Origin: Antedon mediterranea
Taxonomy: Eukaryota; Animalia; Echinodermata
Assembly: GCF_964355755.1 (NCBI RefSeq)
Contig: NC_092670.1
Coordinates: forward strand, 29,066,388-29,130,387
Direction: 5' to 3'
Length of the DNA stretch: 64,000 nucleotides
Positions 48,506 to 61,379 of the stretch are shown one piece after another. The first letter of the stretch is position 1, and each line of letters starts with the position of its first letter. Made by a program: the position numbers and the translations under genes. The notes beneath the pieces were generated by a model that was given only the letters and a program-made list of their open reading frames with translations, was not told the origin of the DNA and made no database searches.

Positions 48506-51500
48506 TCTTGTATATGTGTTCGCCACAGTGCTTTTTAACCAATCTTTATGCTAACTATACTGCCATCATTGCTAAATGCTTTTAACACTGTATGAGTGGA
48601 ATTTGATAAATTAGATTAAAACCTAAACTAATCTTGTTACTGATTAAAATGGTTTAAACTAATTACTTTTAATAGTCAATTGAATTTAGCATATGAACTA
48701 CCATTAGTATCTCACTTTTGTAAAGTAAATCACACTAACATTAAACAATTACCAAAGCACATAAGCCATAACCAGCCAACCAACGGTAACACTATATTAA
48801 TTTAATTATTATACCTTCTTTTCTTGATATTTTAAATGCTACTACACAATTACAAAATTAAAGTTCAACCAAAGCAAAACTTATTCCATATTTTTATGTC
48901 AAAATATATAATGTTTATTTCTTATTTTAAATACCATGAAGGAAACGTCTAAGATAGTCATTTTGGATTATAAAATTTCCATCTGAAATCTGATATACAC
49001 TGCAGCCATTATAGAATATAGAGTACAGATAGATCTGAACATTATATTAGACAAATATGATAGCAAATATTCTACAGTTAGGAGGTCTTGATTTAATAAG
49101 TAATTTCATGATTAATGTTGATTTTTGTTGTAGTATTAAAAAGAAATTAAATATAATGCAGTTATCAAACTATATAAATAATTTTTTTGTAGCAGTGAAT
49201 GAAAGAAACTGTTAATTACAATTAATATTTTAATACATTTTTTAATTCTTAATTTATTGTCAGTATTTGCTCATTTACTGGACAAAATCATTTTTGTCTT
49301 TATTCTTATTTTATTGTTAGGCATTGACTTCTTATGGACATGAAAATATGATTCTCACACTTAAGGGATTTTGTATGTGCATTATAGTTATGAATGATTC
49401 ATTAACAGTAACAGTTATGAATAATTCATTAACAGTTATGAATAATTCATTAACAGTTATATCTCAATCAACTATTCAGTGTATTTAACAATGCCTTGAG
49501 GATGCCTATTAAATGAGACTTGATTTTGTAATTAATTAAATTTATCCTTTAATCTTTCAATATAATATTTCCTGCTACTCTCAAATGCCTTTCATATTTT
49601 GGTTGATAAGGAATTTGTCAAAGCTATTTTTCAGTTCATATAAATCAATATCATTGTCATCTAAGAATAGCGTCCATTAGAGATATCAATTAATCGTTTC
49701 CTCAATTGATCTGTCTAATATTAAACCCTTTCCTTCATTCTATCCTCGTTTTACAATTATCTTCATTTTAAGTGAATGCTGTATTATTTATTGATGAGAT
49801 GTATAGTTGCTTATTTAATCTTACATCTATATGACACGATATGTCCCATGATTTATTTTGTTGCATAAAATTTGCTACCTTTAATTGAACAGTTCAATTG
49901 ATAGTATTACCTATATCTAGTACCGGTACTGTATTAGATCATTTCTGTTCCATTCCATTTCTTTTCTCCAGTTAACTGAAGAAAAATCATTAAATATGGA
50001 TCATAATATCATGCATTCACTTTTCCTACTGTATATAAAATTTGTACTTTCTGAATACAAATTGGATTTATCTAACTGTCAGAAAATTAATATGGCTTGG
50101 CTTTATTATGTGATTTCTAACTATTTTACCTTATTATAAATCAGTCATTTTCAAAATATATGTTGTATATGCACACTACCACCACATTTTAAAAGACAAA
50201 CTTTTTACACACAATGCTGGATGCACCCCTGTACAGCATGTGTTGTGTATTAGGTACAATATCACAAATTGAGTGTCCTACAGTAGTGTTTATGTGGCGT
50301 AAAACTATTCCAAAAATATGCCTATGATTGGTAATGGAATACTTCCTATAAATGGCACGCATGGCCATCACCCCACATTTGTTGGTGGAGAGCAGTGCTG
50401 ACCAAAGTGTCTAATAGGGCTCTTAAGTTTTACAGACTTTCTGTAAATATTTCAAAATATAAATGATATTTTAAATTTTCAAATAGAGAGAAGGAACAAT
50501 GGCCATCATTCAGATCATAATTATAAATTATTACAACTCTAACAGAAAGATTTTCACACACTCAATTAAAAAAAATTGTTAATATTTAAAGTTTAAAATT
50601 GGTTTGAAGATAAACAAAATAAAGATTCGCATGTACTGTATTTTAAATACATGAATATGTTTAATAACTTTTCTCCACACTGATTTTAAAGACAAAATTC
50701 ATAGTTACGTCATACATCACCAGTTAATCCTCTGTTATTACATTGCTTCCTGGTTCTTTTCCCTCTTGTTTAATTCATTTTCTAAATTGTTTGCATTGCA
50801 AATCTTTCTCATTTCCTCACTAATCCCTTCTAATCTTCTAACGCATACATAAATGTGTTTATAGGCTAATTTTAAACTCTAGAATTGATTTCAAACATCA
50901 ACACATGTAATTTTGCATTCCAGTTAGGCCTGTTTGTTTGTTCAGAAAGCCCAAAAATGAAATATTCTTTATTTAATTTTTTCTGAGAGAAAAATGTATG
51001 TCATTTGAGAATTTAGAGATAAGACCAAGTAAATCATATTGAAAATACTGAAAACATTGTGCAGCGATGAGTGCTATAAAAAGTCTAAGCATGCACAGCC
51101 TAGGGTAAGGCTTTAGGCTTCATTATGAGAGGTTATTGATGCTGAGTGTGGTTGATTTCTTGGTAATTTTCAGCAGCTTTTCTGAGCTACGCATTCAGTT
51201 TTTTGGCCTAACTACTTTATGTATTGTATTTCATGAACTATAGGTTCATATGCTAGTTGTGTGTTTTCATTTAGAGTTCTAACCAGGGAGATGTAAAATA
51301 ACTGGGAGCTGATTTGTTATATATTTTATATAATTACAGTATTATAATTTGTAAAACAAATACAGTATTAGTCCTATGCCAATCGTCAAGACAGCTGAAA
51401 TTCCAACTTTAATACGCAACGGTTTTTTAAATATTGTGTATATGTAAATCAATTGTGTTGCGTAGCACGTGTGTAAATTATATATAGATTATACTGTCAA

Positions 51501-51598
51501 ATTATAAAAACAGTGCTTATATTCAGAACATGATCTTATAATCTCGTCGAGCATAGCTCATTGGCAAAAGTTCTGTAATTTTTAGTTGTATGGAAAAA

Positions 51599-51670
51599 TG
51601 TCTCTTGCGGTATTCGAACCTGCGACCTCTTGCTTACAGAGCGAGTATCGTACCACTAGACCACAGAGCC
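51599..51670 (-). pseudogene. Degenerate tRNA-like sequence in repeat context
   Basis: Reverse complement ggctctgTGGTCTAGTGGtacgatactcgctctgtaagcaagaggtcgcaGGTTCGAATAccgc has A and B boxes with imperfect stems. Confidence 0.55.
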
Positions 51671-51739
51671 ATATATGGTATTCTGACTAGTTAAGCCTCC
51701 ACTGATTGTGAGGGAGTTTGTTGTATGAGAAAATGTATC

Positions 51740-52052
51740 TACCATAGGCATCTGTCAAGGCATCTATCATATGGCCTACCATAGGCATCTGTCATATGCC
51801 CTACCACATGCATCTGTCATATGCTCTACCATAGGCATCTGTCATATGCCCAGCTACCAAAGGCATCTATCATAATCATATGCCCTACCACAGGCATCTG
51901 TCATATGCCCTACCATAGGCATCTGCAATATGCCGTACAATAGGCATCTGCAATATGCCCTACAATAGGCATCTGTCATATGCCCTACCACAGGCTTCTG
52001 TCATATGCCCTACCATAGGCATCTGCCATTTGCCCTACCATAAGCATCTATG
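51740..52052. repeat. ~25-bp minisatellite (taccataggcatctgtcatatgccc)n
   Basis: About 12 degenerate copies. A related array in inverted orientation lies at 56113-56346. Confidence 0.9.
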
Positions 52053-53599
52053 GTAATTATGTATAGAAGAAAATAGTTTCTAACTTTTTATGTACAATAA
52101 ATATCATATTCAACAAATGTATTTTTTTCTTTTTAAACAGTTTATTTTCCATCAATATTATATTTATATATTCTGTTCTAAATTCCATGCGGAATTAGGG
52201 CTTAGAAATTATCACATATATCATGGATTGCTAAAATATATAATGGTGTCAAATTCACACACTCTTAATGGAAATTAGGTGATATAATGCATGTTTGATA
52301 TTGTAATAGCAAAATGGATTTATTTAGTGTTTAATATGTGTTTGAAATATAATGCAATTTGTACAATATACTTTTGATGAATATCTGATTGTAGAATAGT
52401 AATTATGGTATGCGCTTTACTGGGCCAAGATTATGAACCTTCATAAAAATGATTTCAGTTTCATCATCATAATTTATTTTATTTAAAAAAATTAAGTTTT
52501 AGATTTTACAGAGACAGGTTTGGAAATTGTGATTTATTCATTTTTACCACAACATAACATAAAAAAGTAATAGGCCTACTTTTTTATATGCGAGTGATGT
52601 ATATTGTAGTAATCATAACTTAAATACGGTAATGAAATATTTTGTAGATTTTATTGTTTTTTATTACTAAATTAACAAATCTTAAAAATGTATTGTCCCA
52701 TAAAAACCTGAAAATAAAGATTAATAAAATCAGACTTTGAATAGGCCATTCAGTTTTAATAAAGTTATTCATTTCTGTAGAAAAAAAAATCAACCAAAAT
52801 AATCATTTCTCTTATAAAAAGAAAATATTAAAAACCATTGCTTTAAATTACATTTTTTCAGGAAAATCATTTTTTTTCCGATCCCGTTTTTGGTCAAAGT
52901 GAAAAACTATTATGTGACATTAAAATTACATATTCAACCAAAAAATGTAAACAAAAAATGTTTTTAGGGGGACAATATATCTTTAAATGTTCTAAAAAAA
53001 TGCATGAAAATAAATAATGACACCCCATTTATGTCTTGGCTCGCTCTTATATCCAAACCTTCAATATCTTACTGCATTTATTCATCATGGATGAATATTC
53101 ACTACATAAAATAATTTATTACAAAAAAAACCTATCTTTGTGATTGGTTTTTATTTAACAGCCCAATTTAAAAACTTAACTCGGTTTAATGTTAAATCTA
53201 ACTGGACTTATTCACTGAGGCTGCTAGTTATTTATTATGATTAATGTGAGTATATAATACTTCTTGAAACATGATTTGTAAACCCTAACTGTCTGCATAT
53301 TTCTCAGTGCTTTGATGTATAGCTATGAAACATGTTATCAATATTACAAACTTGAAATTATCAAAAACATCAGAAATAGCTATAAAATGCAAATTAAAAG
53401 TGACTTGCCATTTCAAATATTTTGCATCAAATAAAAAAATGTTTTTGTGCAATATTTTAGCAGTATTATGCAGAATACTGTAGTTAATATACAGGTAATA
53501 ATTGTTGCAAAAAAAAAGAATATACAGTATTAATTGTATTTTTTTGTATTAATTATAATTATTTTTTACAATAGATATAATATAATTGGTATTTATTTT

Positions 53600-55550
53600 G
53601 TTAATGATAACTATGATATTTAAGTTGTTGGTTATTATGATAATGATATTGTTGATGACTATAGTATTGATGTTGTTGATAAATATGGTAGTGATGACTA
53701 TGGTATTGATGTTGTTGATAAATATGGTATTGATGACTATGATAATGATGTTGTTGATGACTATAGTATTAATGTTGTTGATAAATATGGTATTGATGAC
53801 TATGGTATTGATGATGTTGATGACTATAGTATTGATGTTGTTGATAAATATGGTATTGATGACTATGGTATTGAGGATCTTGATGACTATAGTATTGATG
53901 TTGTTGATAAATATGGTATTGATGACTATGGTATTGATGATGTTGATGACTATGGTATTGATGATGTTGATGACTATGGTATTGATGTTGTTGATAAATA
54001 TGGTATTGATGACTATGGTATTGATGATGTTGATGACTATGGTATTGATGATGTTGATGACTATGGTATTGATGTTGTTGATGACTATGGTATTAATGTT
54101 GTTGATGACTATGGTATAGATGAATATTGTATTGATGATATGATGACTATGGTATTGATGATGCTGATGAATATGGTATTGATGAATATGGTATTGATGT
54201 TGTTGATGACTAGTTGATGACTATGGTATTGATGATGCTGATGAATATGGTATTGATGATGTTGAAGACTATGGTATTGATGATGTTGATGAATATGGTA
54301 TTGATGATGTTGATGAATATGGTATTGATGCTGATGAAGATGATATTGTTGATGTTGATGAATATGGTACTGGTGTTGTTGATGAATATGGTATTGATGA
54401 TGTTGAAGACTATGATATTGATGTTGTTGATGACTATGGTATTGATGTTGTTGATGATTATGGTATTGATGATGTTGATGATTATGGTATTGATGTTATT
54501 GATGACTATGGTATTGATGTTGATGACTATGGTATTGATGTTGATAAATATGGTATTGATGAATATGGTATTGATGATGTTGATGACTATGGTATTGATG
54601 TTGTTGATGACTGTATTGATGATGCTGATGTATATGGTATTGATGATGTTGAAGACTATGGTATTGATGATGTTGATGAATATGGTATTGATGATGTTGA
54701 TGACTATGGTATTGATGTTGTTGATGACTATGGTATTAATGTTGTTGATGACTATGGTATAGATGAATATTGTATTGATGATATGATGACTATGGTATTG
54801 ATGATGCTGATGAATATGGTATTGATGATGCTGATTACGATGATATTGATGATGTTGATGAATATGTTACTGGTGTTGTTGATGACTATGGTATTGATGA
54901 TGCTGATGAATATGGTATTGATGAATATGGTATTGATGTTGTTGATGACTAGTTGATGACTATGGTATTGATGATGCTGATGAATATGGTATTGATGATG
55001 TTGAAGACTATGGTATTGATGATGTTGATGAATATGGTATTGATGATGTTGATGAATATGGTATTGATGCTGATGAAGATGATATTGTTGATGTTGATGA
55101 ATATGGTACTGGTGTTGTTGATGAATATGGTATTGATGATGTTGAAGACTATGGTATTGATGTTGTTGATGACTATGGTATTGATGTTGTTGATGATTAT
55201 GGTATTGATGATGTTGATGATTATGGTATTGATGTTATTGATGACTATGGTATTGATGTTGATGACTATGGTATTGATGTTGATAAATATGGTATTGATG
55301 AATATGGTATTGATGATGTTGATGACTATGGTATTGATGTTGTTGATGACTGTATTGATGATGCTGATGTATATGGTATTGATGATGTTGAAGACTATGG
55401 TATTGATGATGTTGATGAATATGGTATTGATGATGTTGATGACTATGGTATTGATGTTGTTGATGACTATGGTATTGATGTTGTTGATGATTATGGTATT
55501 GATTAAAATGGTATTGATGATGTTGATGACTATGGTATTGATGTTGCTGT
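53600..55550. repeat. (GAT)-rich 24-bp tandem repeat (gatgactatggtattgatgatgtt) with a ~739-bp internal duplication
   Basis: Direct inspection. ORFs starting at 54214 and 54953 are near-identical, which shows the block duplication. Confidence 0.95.
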
Positions 55551-56112
55551 AAAAGATGTATGTATGATTCTTTTTGAAGCAATGTTAATTTAGTAAGATT
55601 TGATTGAAAAGTATTACCCCAGACTACATTACAATATAAAAAATAAGGAAGAACAAGAGAATTTTATAAGATGCGAAGGATATTTACAGGAACTAAACGT
55701 TTAATCCTGTTGATTACTCCTATACTTTTCGATATTTTAGTCACCAATTTGTTGATATGGTATTTCCAAGTTAACTGCTCATCAAAGAAAACAACGAGAA
55801 ATTTTATTCTACTCTTTGAATGTCATCATTGTTAAGTACAATTTTAAAATTATCTACTTCATCAACCTTTTTTTTCTTATTACTAAATAGAATATAATTA
55901 CATTTCTTTAAATTTAATGATACTAGTAATCTATTAGCCTTAAACCATTCACAAATATAATGTAATTGATGTCATCATTACTGTAAAATATATTTGTATC
56001 ATTGGCATATAATATAAATAAAAAAAGATGAGATGTTTTAAAAATGTCATTAACATATAAAATAAATAATAATGCTCCACTCCTATAATTTTCAGATTCG
56101 ACAGCAAAGATT

Positions 56113-56346
56113 CCTATGGTAGGGCATATATCAGATGCCTATGGCAGGCCTTTGGCAGCTGCCTGTGATAGGGCCTATGGTAGATGCCTAAGGTACGTCG
56201 GCCTTTGTCAAATTGTCAGATGCCTATGGCAGGCACTTGGCAGCTGCCTGTGGTAGAGCCTATGGTGGCCTATGGTACATGGTAGAGCCTTGCATGTGGT
56301 ACTAGGCCTATGGTAGATGCCTATGGTAGCGCATGACAGATGCCTA
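56113..56346. repeat. Inverted counterpart of the 51740-52052 minisatellite
   Basis: cctatggtagggcatatatcagatgcctatgg is the reverse complement of ccataggcatctgatatatgccctaccatagg. Confidence 0.8.
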
Positions 56347-56478
56347 AATGCATTTGTATTTATCAAGCAGAGGGTCACATTTTGAATCTTGATTGACAGC
56401 CAACTTTTTTATCTTTAAATTGCTAATTGTTTCAGATTGATTTTCTGTTAAATGCAACTTATATAAATTTACCTGCAG

Positions 56479-57063
56479 TGTTACAATGTAGAAAACGCCA
56501 GCTAATGTCGAAACAACCGTTAATGTAGAACAACCGCTTATGTAGTAAAACCTCCAGCTTATGTAGAAACACCAACAGCTTATGTAGTAAATAAAAATCA
56601 ACACCAGCTAATGTAGAAACAGTCAACAGCTTATGTAGTAGTTACTCTCGCCAGCTAATGTAGAAAATGTTATATATTTTACAAAAATGTCTCATTCATG
56701 TGCAAATGCATCGATCTTTACTTAGCTATCAGTCTTTCCACCTCTCGTAAGCAACAAACTTTCTAAAACGACCACACATAGCAAGCAACCATCTCTGTTA
56801 AGGGACCGCTTCTCATAATCGACCACCTCTCGTAAGGGATCACCTCCTCTCATAAGGAACCACTTCTCATAATCGACCACCTCTCCTAAGCGACAACCTA
56901 TCTTAAGGACCACACCTCTTGTAAGTGACAACCTCTTTTAAGGGACCACGACTTCTTTCTCTCTATTAAAGGAAGCTGGAGGTTTTACTACATTAGTGGT
57001 GGATTGTTTTACATTAACGGTTGTTTCAACATTAGCTGGCGTTTTCTACAAGCGGTTGTAACA
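56479..57063. mobile_element. MITE with TGT...ACA ends and 5-bp TSD (Ginger2/TDD-like, tentative)
   Basis: TGCAG|tgttacaa...tgtagaaaacgccagctaatg // cattagctggcgttttctaca...ttgtaaca|TGCAG. The TIRs are built of ~20-bp subrepeats, and an unrelated gaccacctctc repeat block lies inside. Confidence 0.72.
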
Positions 57064-57336
57064 TGCAGCTCATTTATAAAGTTGGATTTTATTAGGCCAT
57101 CGTATATAGAATTATATAGGTTGATATACCGTACCACTAGACTTTAGTATTCTTTGCAATGTGTATCATTTTTTATATTATATAATTTGATGCACCAACA
57201 CTGAAAGTGAATCCGATTAATCATTATTTTGAATATTATAAGAAATATTACATATTTACATGTCTTCTTCTTCAAATTTAGTATCCCCCATTGGTGAAAT
57301 TGAGTAAGGTATTTGTTGCTCCATAGGCCTACTGAT

Positions 57337-58431
57337 GGGTGTCACGAAACCTAAGACCACGAAAGCTAAGACCCCCTAAGACCTAAGATCACGAAAGCTA
57401 AGACCCAAGACCTAAGATTACAAATTCTAAGATATACTACAGCTTAAAAACAATACTTGTTTATCCATACATAATTTTAAACACAGTAGGTTTCATTTAT
57501 TACCATAAATATAATTTAATACTACCGCAAAACATAGATAAACTCACATTATTTTCGCCCGTTGAGTAAATGTATATTTTTTCTTTACAACAAACAAACT
57601 TGACGGGTTGTTTGTTGGTATATATTTACTCCAATGTGTTGGTTCAGAGGATGTTTTTCTTGCGCACCTGCCTTTCTTGTATTTTGACTCCAAATTTGTT
57701 GACTAACTTTATCCTGAATACCACACTTTAAAATTAGGACTTATAAGTACTTTCAGAAGGAGAAACACATAATAACAAATAAATAAATCCTTTAAATTTA
57801 TGATTTTACAGACGTTTCTTTGTATACTGTAATGTAACTCCGCTCCCCATGCTCAATGTTTTTGTTTCTATGGAGCGCCAAAAGAGCAACAATAATAGTA
57901 CAAGTATAAAAACAGAAAGAAAACGAAACAAAAAAACTTATCATGATTTTTAAGTTAAAATTTATTTGCCAGTATTTATTTCTTCGTACTTGCATGATTA
58001 TACTATTATCATTACAATTTTAATTTTACATTGTTCCATCCACACTGTAGATGGACTCCAACAGAGTTTTCAGCCCTCTATATAATTTTTGCTCTTTGGA
58101 CGTTCCATAGAAACAAAAACGTTGAGCATGGGGAGCTCGAGGAGTTACATTACAGTATACTGCTACTAGTGTACTGTAGGCTAGTCATTTTGTGTGCGAG
58201 AAAAACGTCTGTAAAATCATCAATTTAAAAATGTATTTGTTACTTTTTATGTGATTCTTTTTCATGAAAGTGCCAATTCTAAGGTGTGGTATTCAGAATA
58301 AATGTTGGGAGTTAAAATACAAGGCAGGTGCGAAAGATAAATATTTGTAATCTTAGGTCTTGGGTCTTAGCTTTCGTGATCTTAGGTCTTAGGGGATCTT
58401 AGCTTTCGTGGTCTTAGGTTTCGTGACACCC
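57337..58431. mobile_element. Mutator-like (MULE) foldback element
   Basis: ~90-bp TIRs gggtgtcacgaaacctaagacc... built of ctaagacc subrepeats. Exact 10-bp TSD GCCTACTGAT at 57327-57336 and 58432-58441. Additional inner inverted arms at about 57660-57895 and 58085-58335. Confidence 0.88.
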
Positions 58432-59204
58432 GCCTACTGATAGTACTGTATATGACAGTGACTGCCATGAACCATGATAGACAGGTTCCATTTCTCAAAA
58501 AACGGCCTAGAAAACGAATCAAGAAGCATTTTTGGGTAGAAGCTGGGATCCACTTGATTTAGGATATTTCGACCTCGCTGATTACGAATATGGCGGATCC
58601 CAAGCGAAATTCGGCCATCTAAGCCCTTAATTTGCATAATTAAAAATGGCGGCCATTTTTTATAATTACCCTATATCTCGAGAACCACTAGTCACAGATA
58701 ATTAATTTTGGTGTCAAAATGTTTTAAATATATGTTTTTATATTCACTTTAATGACACTTTTTCTCAAAAAATTGATGCAAGTTGTATTTCTGACATTTT
58801 GACCTTTGACCTTGATTTATCGTATCTCAGTAACCAATAATCGGAGAGACACGAAATAGGGCTCAAATTGTTCAGAAACTATACATTCATATTTATTATA
58901 ATGAAATGTTTTTACAAAAAATGGCCGATTCTACAACTATTGACCTTTGAACTATTAGTCAAATATAATAATATAATAATAATATAACTTTGAAAATTGT
59001 GGTCTTATGAATTTTTTTTTCTTTTTAAATTGTTTAAAACATGTGACGTGTTTCTATCCAGTCTAATGGAATATTTTGTACAAGAATGGCCGATAGTATG
59101 GTTATTGACCTTTTAACTACAGCATAGGCCTACTGTATACTAAATATAATATAATTGCATAACTATGAAATTATTTATACACAATAACAATTAGTAAAAT
59201 TATA

Positions 59205-59885
59205 AAATTCACTGCCATCAAATATGATGTGTTATGATTTATATAGATTTAAAAAGGAATTTGAATACGCAAGTTACATTTTTTGAAATTTGAAATTTGA
59301 AATTACCTGCCATCAATATGATGGAGTGTGCTTATAGATTTTCTAAAATGTGAACATGTCAGCTACATTTGGAAATTACCTGCCATCAATATGATGGATT
59401 ATGATTATAGATTTAAATAAGAATTTGAACACGTAAGCTACATTAGAAAATTACCTGCCATCAATATGATGGATTATGATTATAGAATTAAAAAAGAATT
59501 TGAACACGTCAGCTACATTTGGAAATTGGGAAATTACCTGCCATCAATATGATGGATTATGATTATAGATTTGAAAAAGAATTTGAACACGTAAGCTACA
59601 TTTGAAAATTACCTGCCATCAATATGATGGATTATGATTATAGATTTAAAAAAGAATTTGAACACGTCAGCTACATTTGGAAATTTGGAAATTACCTGCC
59701 ATCAATATGATGGATTATGATTGTATAGTACCTGCCATCAATATGATGGATTATGATTATAGATTTAAAAAAGAATTTGAACACATAAGCTACATTTGAA
59801 AATTACTTGCCATCAATATGATGGATTATGATTGTATAGATTTAAAAGAAAATGTGAACACGTACGTAAGCTACATTTGGAATGA
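59205..59885. repeat. ~70-80-bp tandem repeat within the Academ arm (mirrored at about 61395-61815)
   Basis: Unit aaattacctgccatcaatatgatggattatgattatagatttaaaaaagaatttgaacacgt.agctacattt. The copy number differs between the two arms. Confidence 0.9.
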
Positions 59886-59899
59886 ACATGTTAAGGGCA

Positions 59900-61003
59900 T
59901 CAGTTAAGATCATTCATGCAAAGGTTTCCGTCATCTTTAGCGTTGTTACAGCGGCATAAAGCTGTACATGGTAGTTTTGACTTCTTGCACCTACATTTAT
60001 TGGTTATGTATCGTGTCTTGCATCCACAATAAATCATCTCTAACGAAGCAGTAGGAATAGCTTCATTTTTCAGAAGCACTGGTTGAAGTTTACCATTAGA
60101 TAGCTCCCAACCAAAATATGTTGGTGATGGCAAATGCTGGATTGGCGATACAGCTTTTTTCCATACGAGTGCTTGGAAGTGTGCTCTTTTTATATGTTGG
60201 TGCACTGCATCGCTTGTTGGAGGTAATGCCTTTTTTTTTTAAAGCCTAACTTTATTGGTACTTTTAACTTGACCAACACCGTAAACGTAGCAAATGAATC
60301 TTTCCGATTTCATAATAACTTGGTCACTGATAGGTTTTCTCCCAGGTCTTTAATTAGTTCATACCTTTTTTTAATACTTCCCATGCCGATGCCTTTGAGT
60401 AACCACTTAGATATGAGCAGCGAAGAGTTAAATTACTGTATGTATGTATTAATATAATTTAACTCTTCCCTGGATATGAGGTAGTATCGCATCCACTAAT
60501 AGTGTGGAATGGAATCAGTGCTTTTGCAGAACCCTCGGGCAAGGCTTGAAAAATGTCTTTTATAGATACTTTCTTTTTTTGGATGTCCCTATCATCATCC
60601 ATTTGGATACCATGCTTTGGTAGTGAGACACTAGAATCACTAGTACGTACGTCTGTATCCCTAGAAGCAACTACAACTGTGTCGTATCGGACATTGGCAG
60701 CATGACAAGTCTCGTGTCCTATTCTTCATGGTCTGACCAGAGACAACGTATTCGTGTACAATTTTGATGATTTAACAACTGATTCTTTCATAAATCCACC
60801 AGCTGTGACAATTTCTTTGTCTACAGGAGCTTGACGAATCAACTCCTCTGATAGAAATCGTGTCAGATCTGCATTATTATCTTGTAATGCCAACAAGTTT
60901 GACCAGCAATTTGGCAGCGGTATTTCACCACTTTCTATAATTCGACGAATTGGTCTCTGTGTTTTGGTTCATCTTTGTCTGGTGGTGTCCTTTATCGACA
61001 GTT
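59900..61003 (-). pseudogene. Academ transposase C-terminal remnant (XPG/PIN-like nuclease plus Cys-rich finger)
   Basis: Minus-strand fragments SDHEE*DTRL, VVVASRDTDV, FHTISGCDTTSYLSG, and LPPTSDAVHQHIKRAHFQALVW...FGW...CGCK...CRCKKSKLPCTALCRC, with frameshifts and a deletion. Confidence 0.8.
60418..60472. mobile_element. 55-bp hAT-like micro-MITE
   Basis: TIR cagcgaagagttaaatta / taatttaactcttccctg (17/18 match). Exact 8-bp TSD GATATGAG at 60410-60417 and 60473-60480. Confidence 0.8.
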
Positions 61004-61044
61004 TTAAGTTAGGCATGCCATGTTAAAAAAAACAAAAAACCAGA

Positions 61045-61379
61045 GGCATTATCTCCAACAAGCGATGCAGTGCACCAGCATATAAAAAGAGCACACTTCC
61101 AAGCACTCGTATTGAAAAAAGCTGTATCGCCAATCCAGCATTTGCCATCACCAACATATTTTGGTTGGGAGCTATCTAATGGTAAACTTCAACCAGTGCT
61201 TCTGAAAAATGGAGCTATTCCTACTGCTTCGTTAGAGATGATTTATTGTTGATGCAAGACACGATGCATAACCATATAGATGTAGGTGCAAAAAGTCAAA
61301 ACTACCATGTACAGCTTTAATATGCTACTGTAACAACGCTAAAGATGACGGAAACCTTTGCATGAATGATCAAAACTGA
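61045..61379 (+). pseudogene. Inverted duplicate of the Academ Cys-rich C-terminal coding segment
   Basis: HQHIKRAHFQALVLKKAVSPIQHLPSPTYFGWEL... is near-identical to 59900-60230 on the minus strand, with an internal stop. Confidence 0.85.

Noticed and set aside
45200-51400. Possible exons of a neighbouring gene downstream of TRRAP
   Set aside because: I could not find ORF segments with convincing protein motifs and splice sites apart from LINE remnants. Small exons could have been missed by eye.
53586-55582. Met/Leu-rich and His/Gln-rich ORFs of 115-199 aa
   Set aside because: They are by-products of the (GAT)-rich tandem repeat, broken by frameshifts, with no gene structure.
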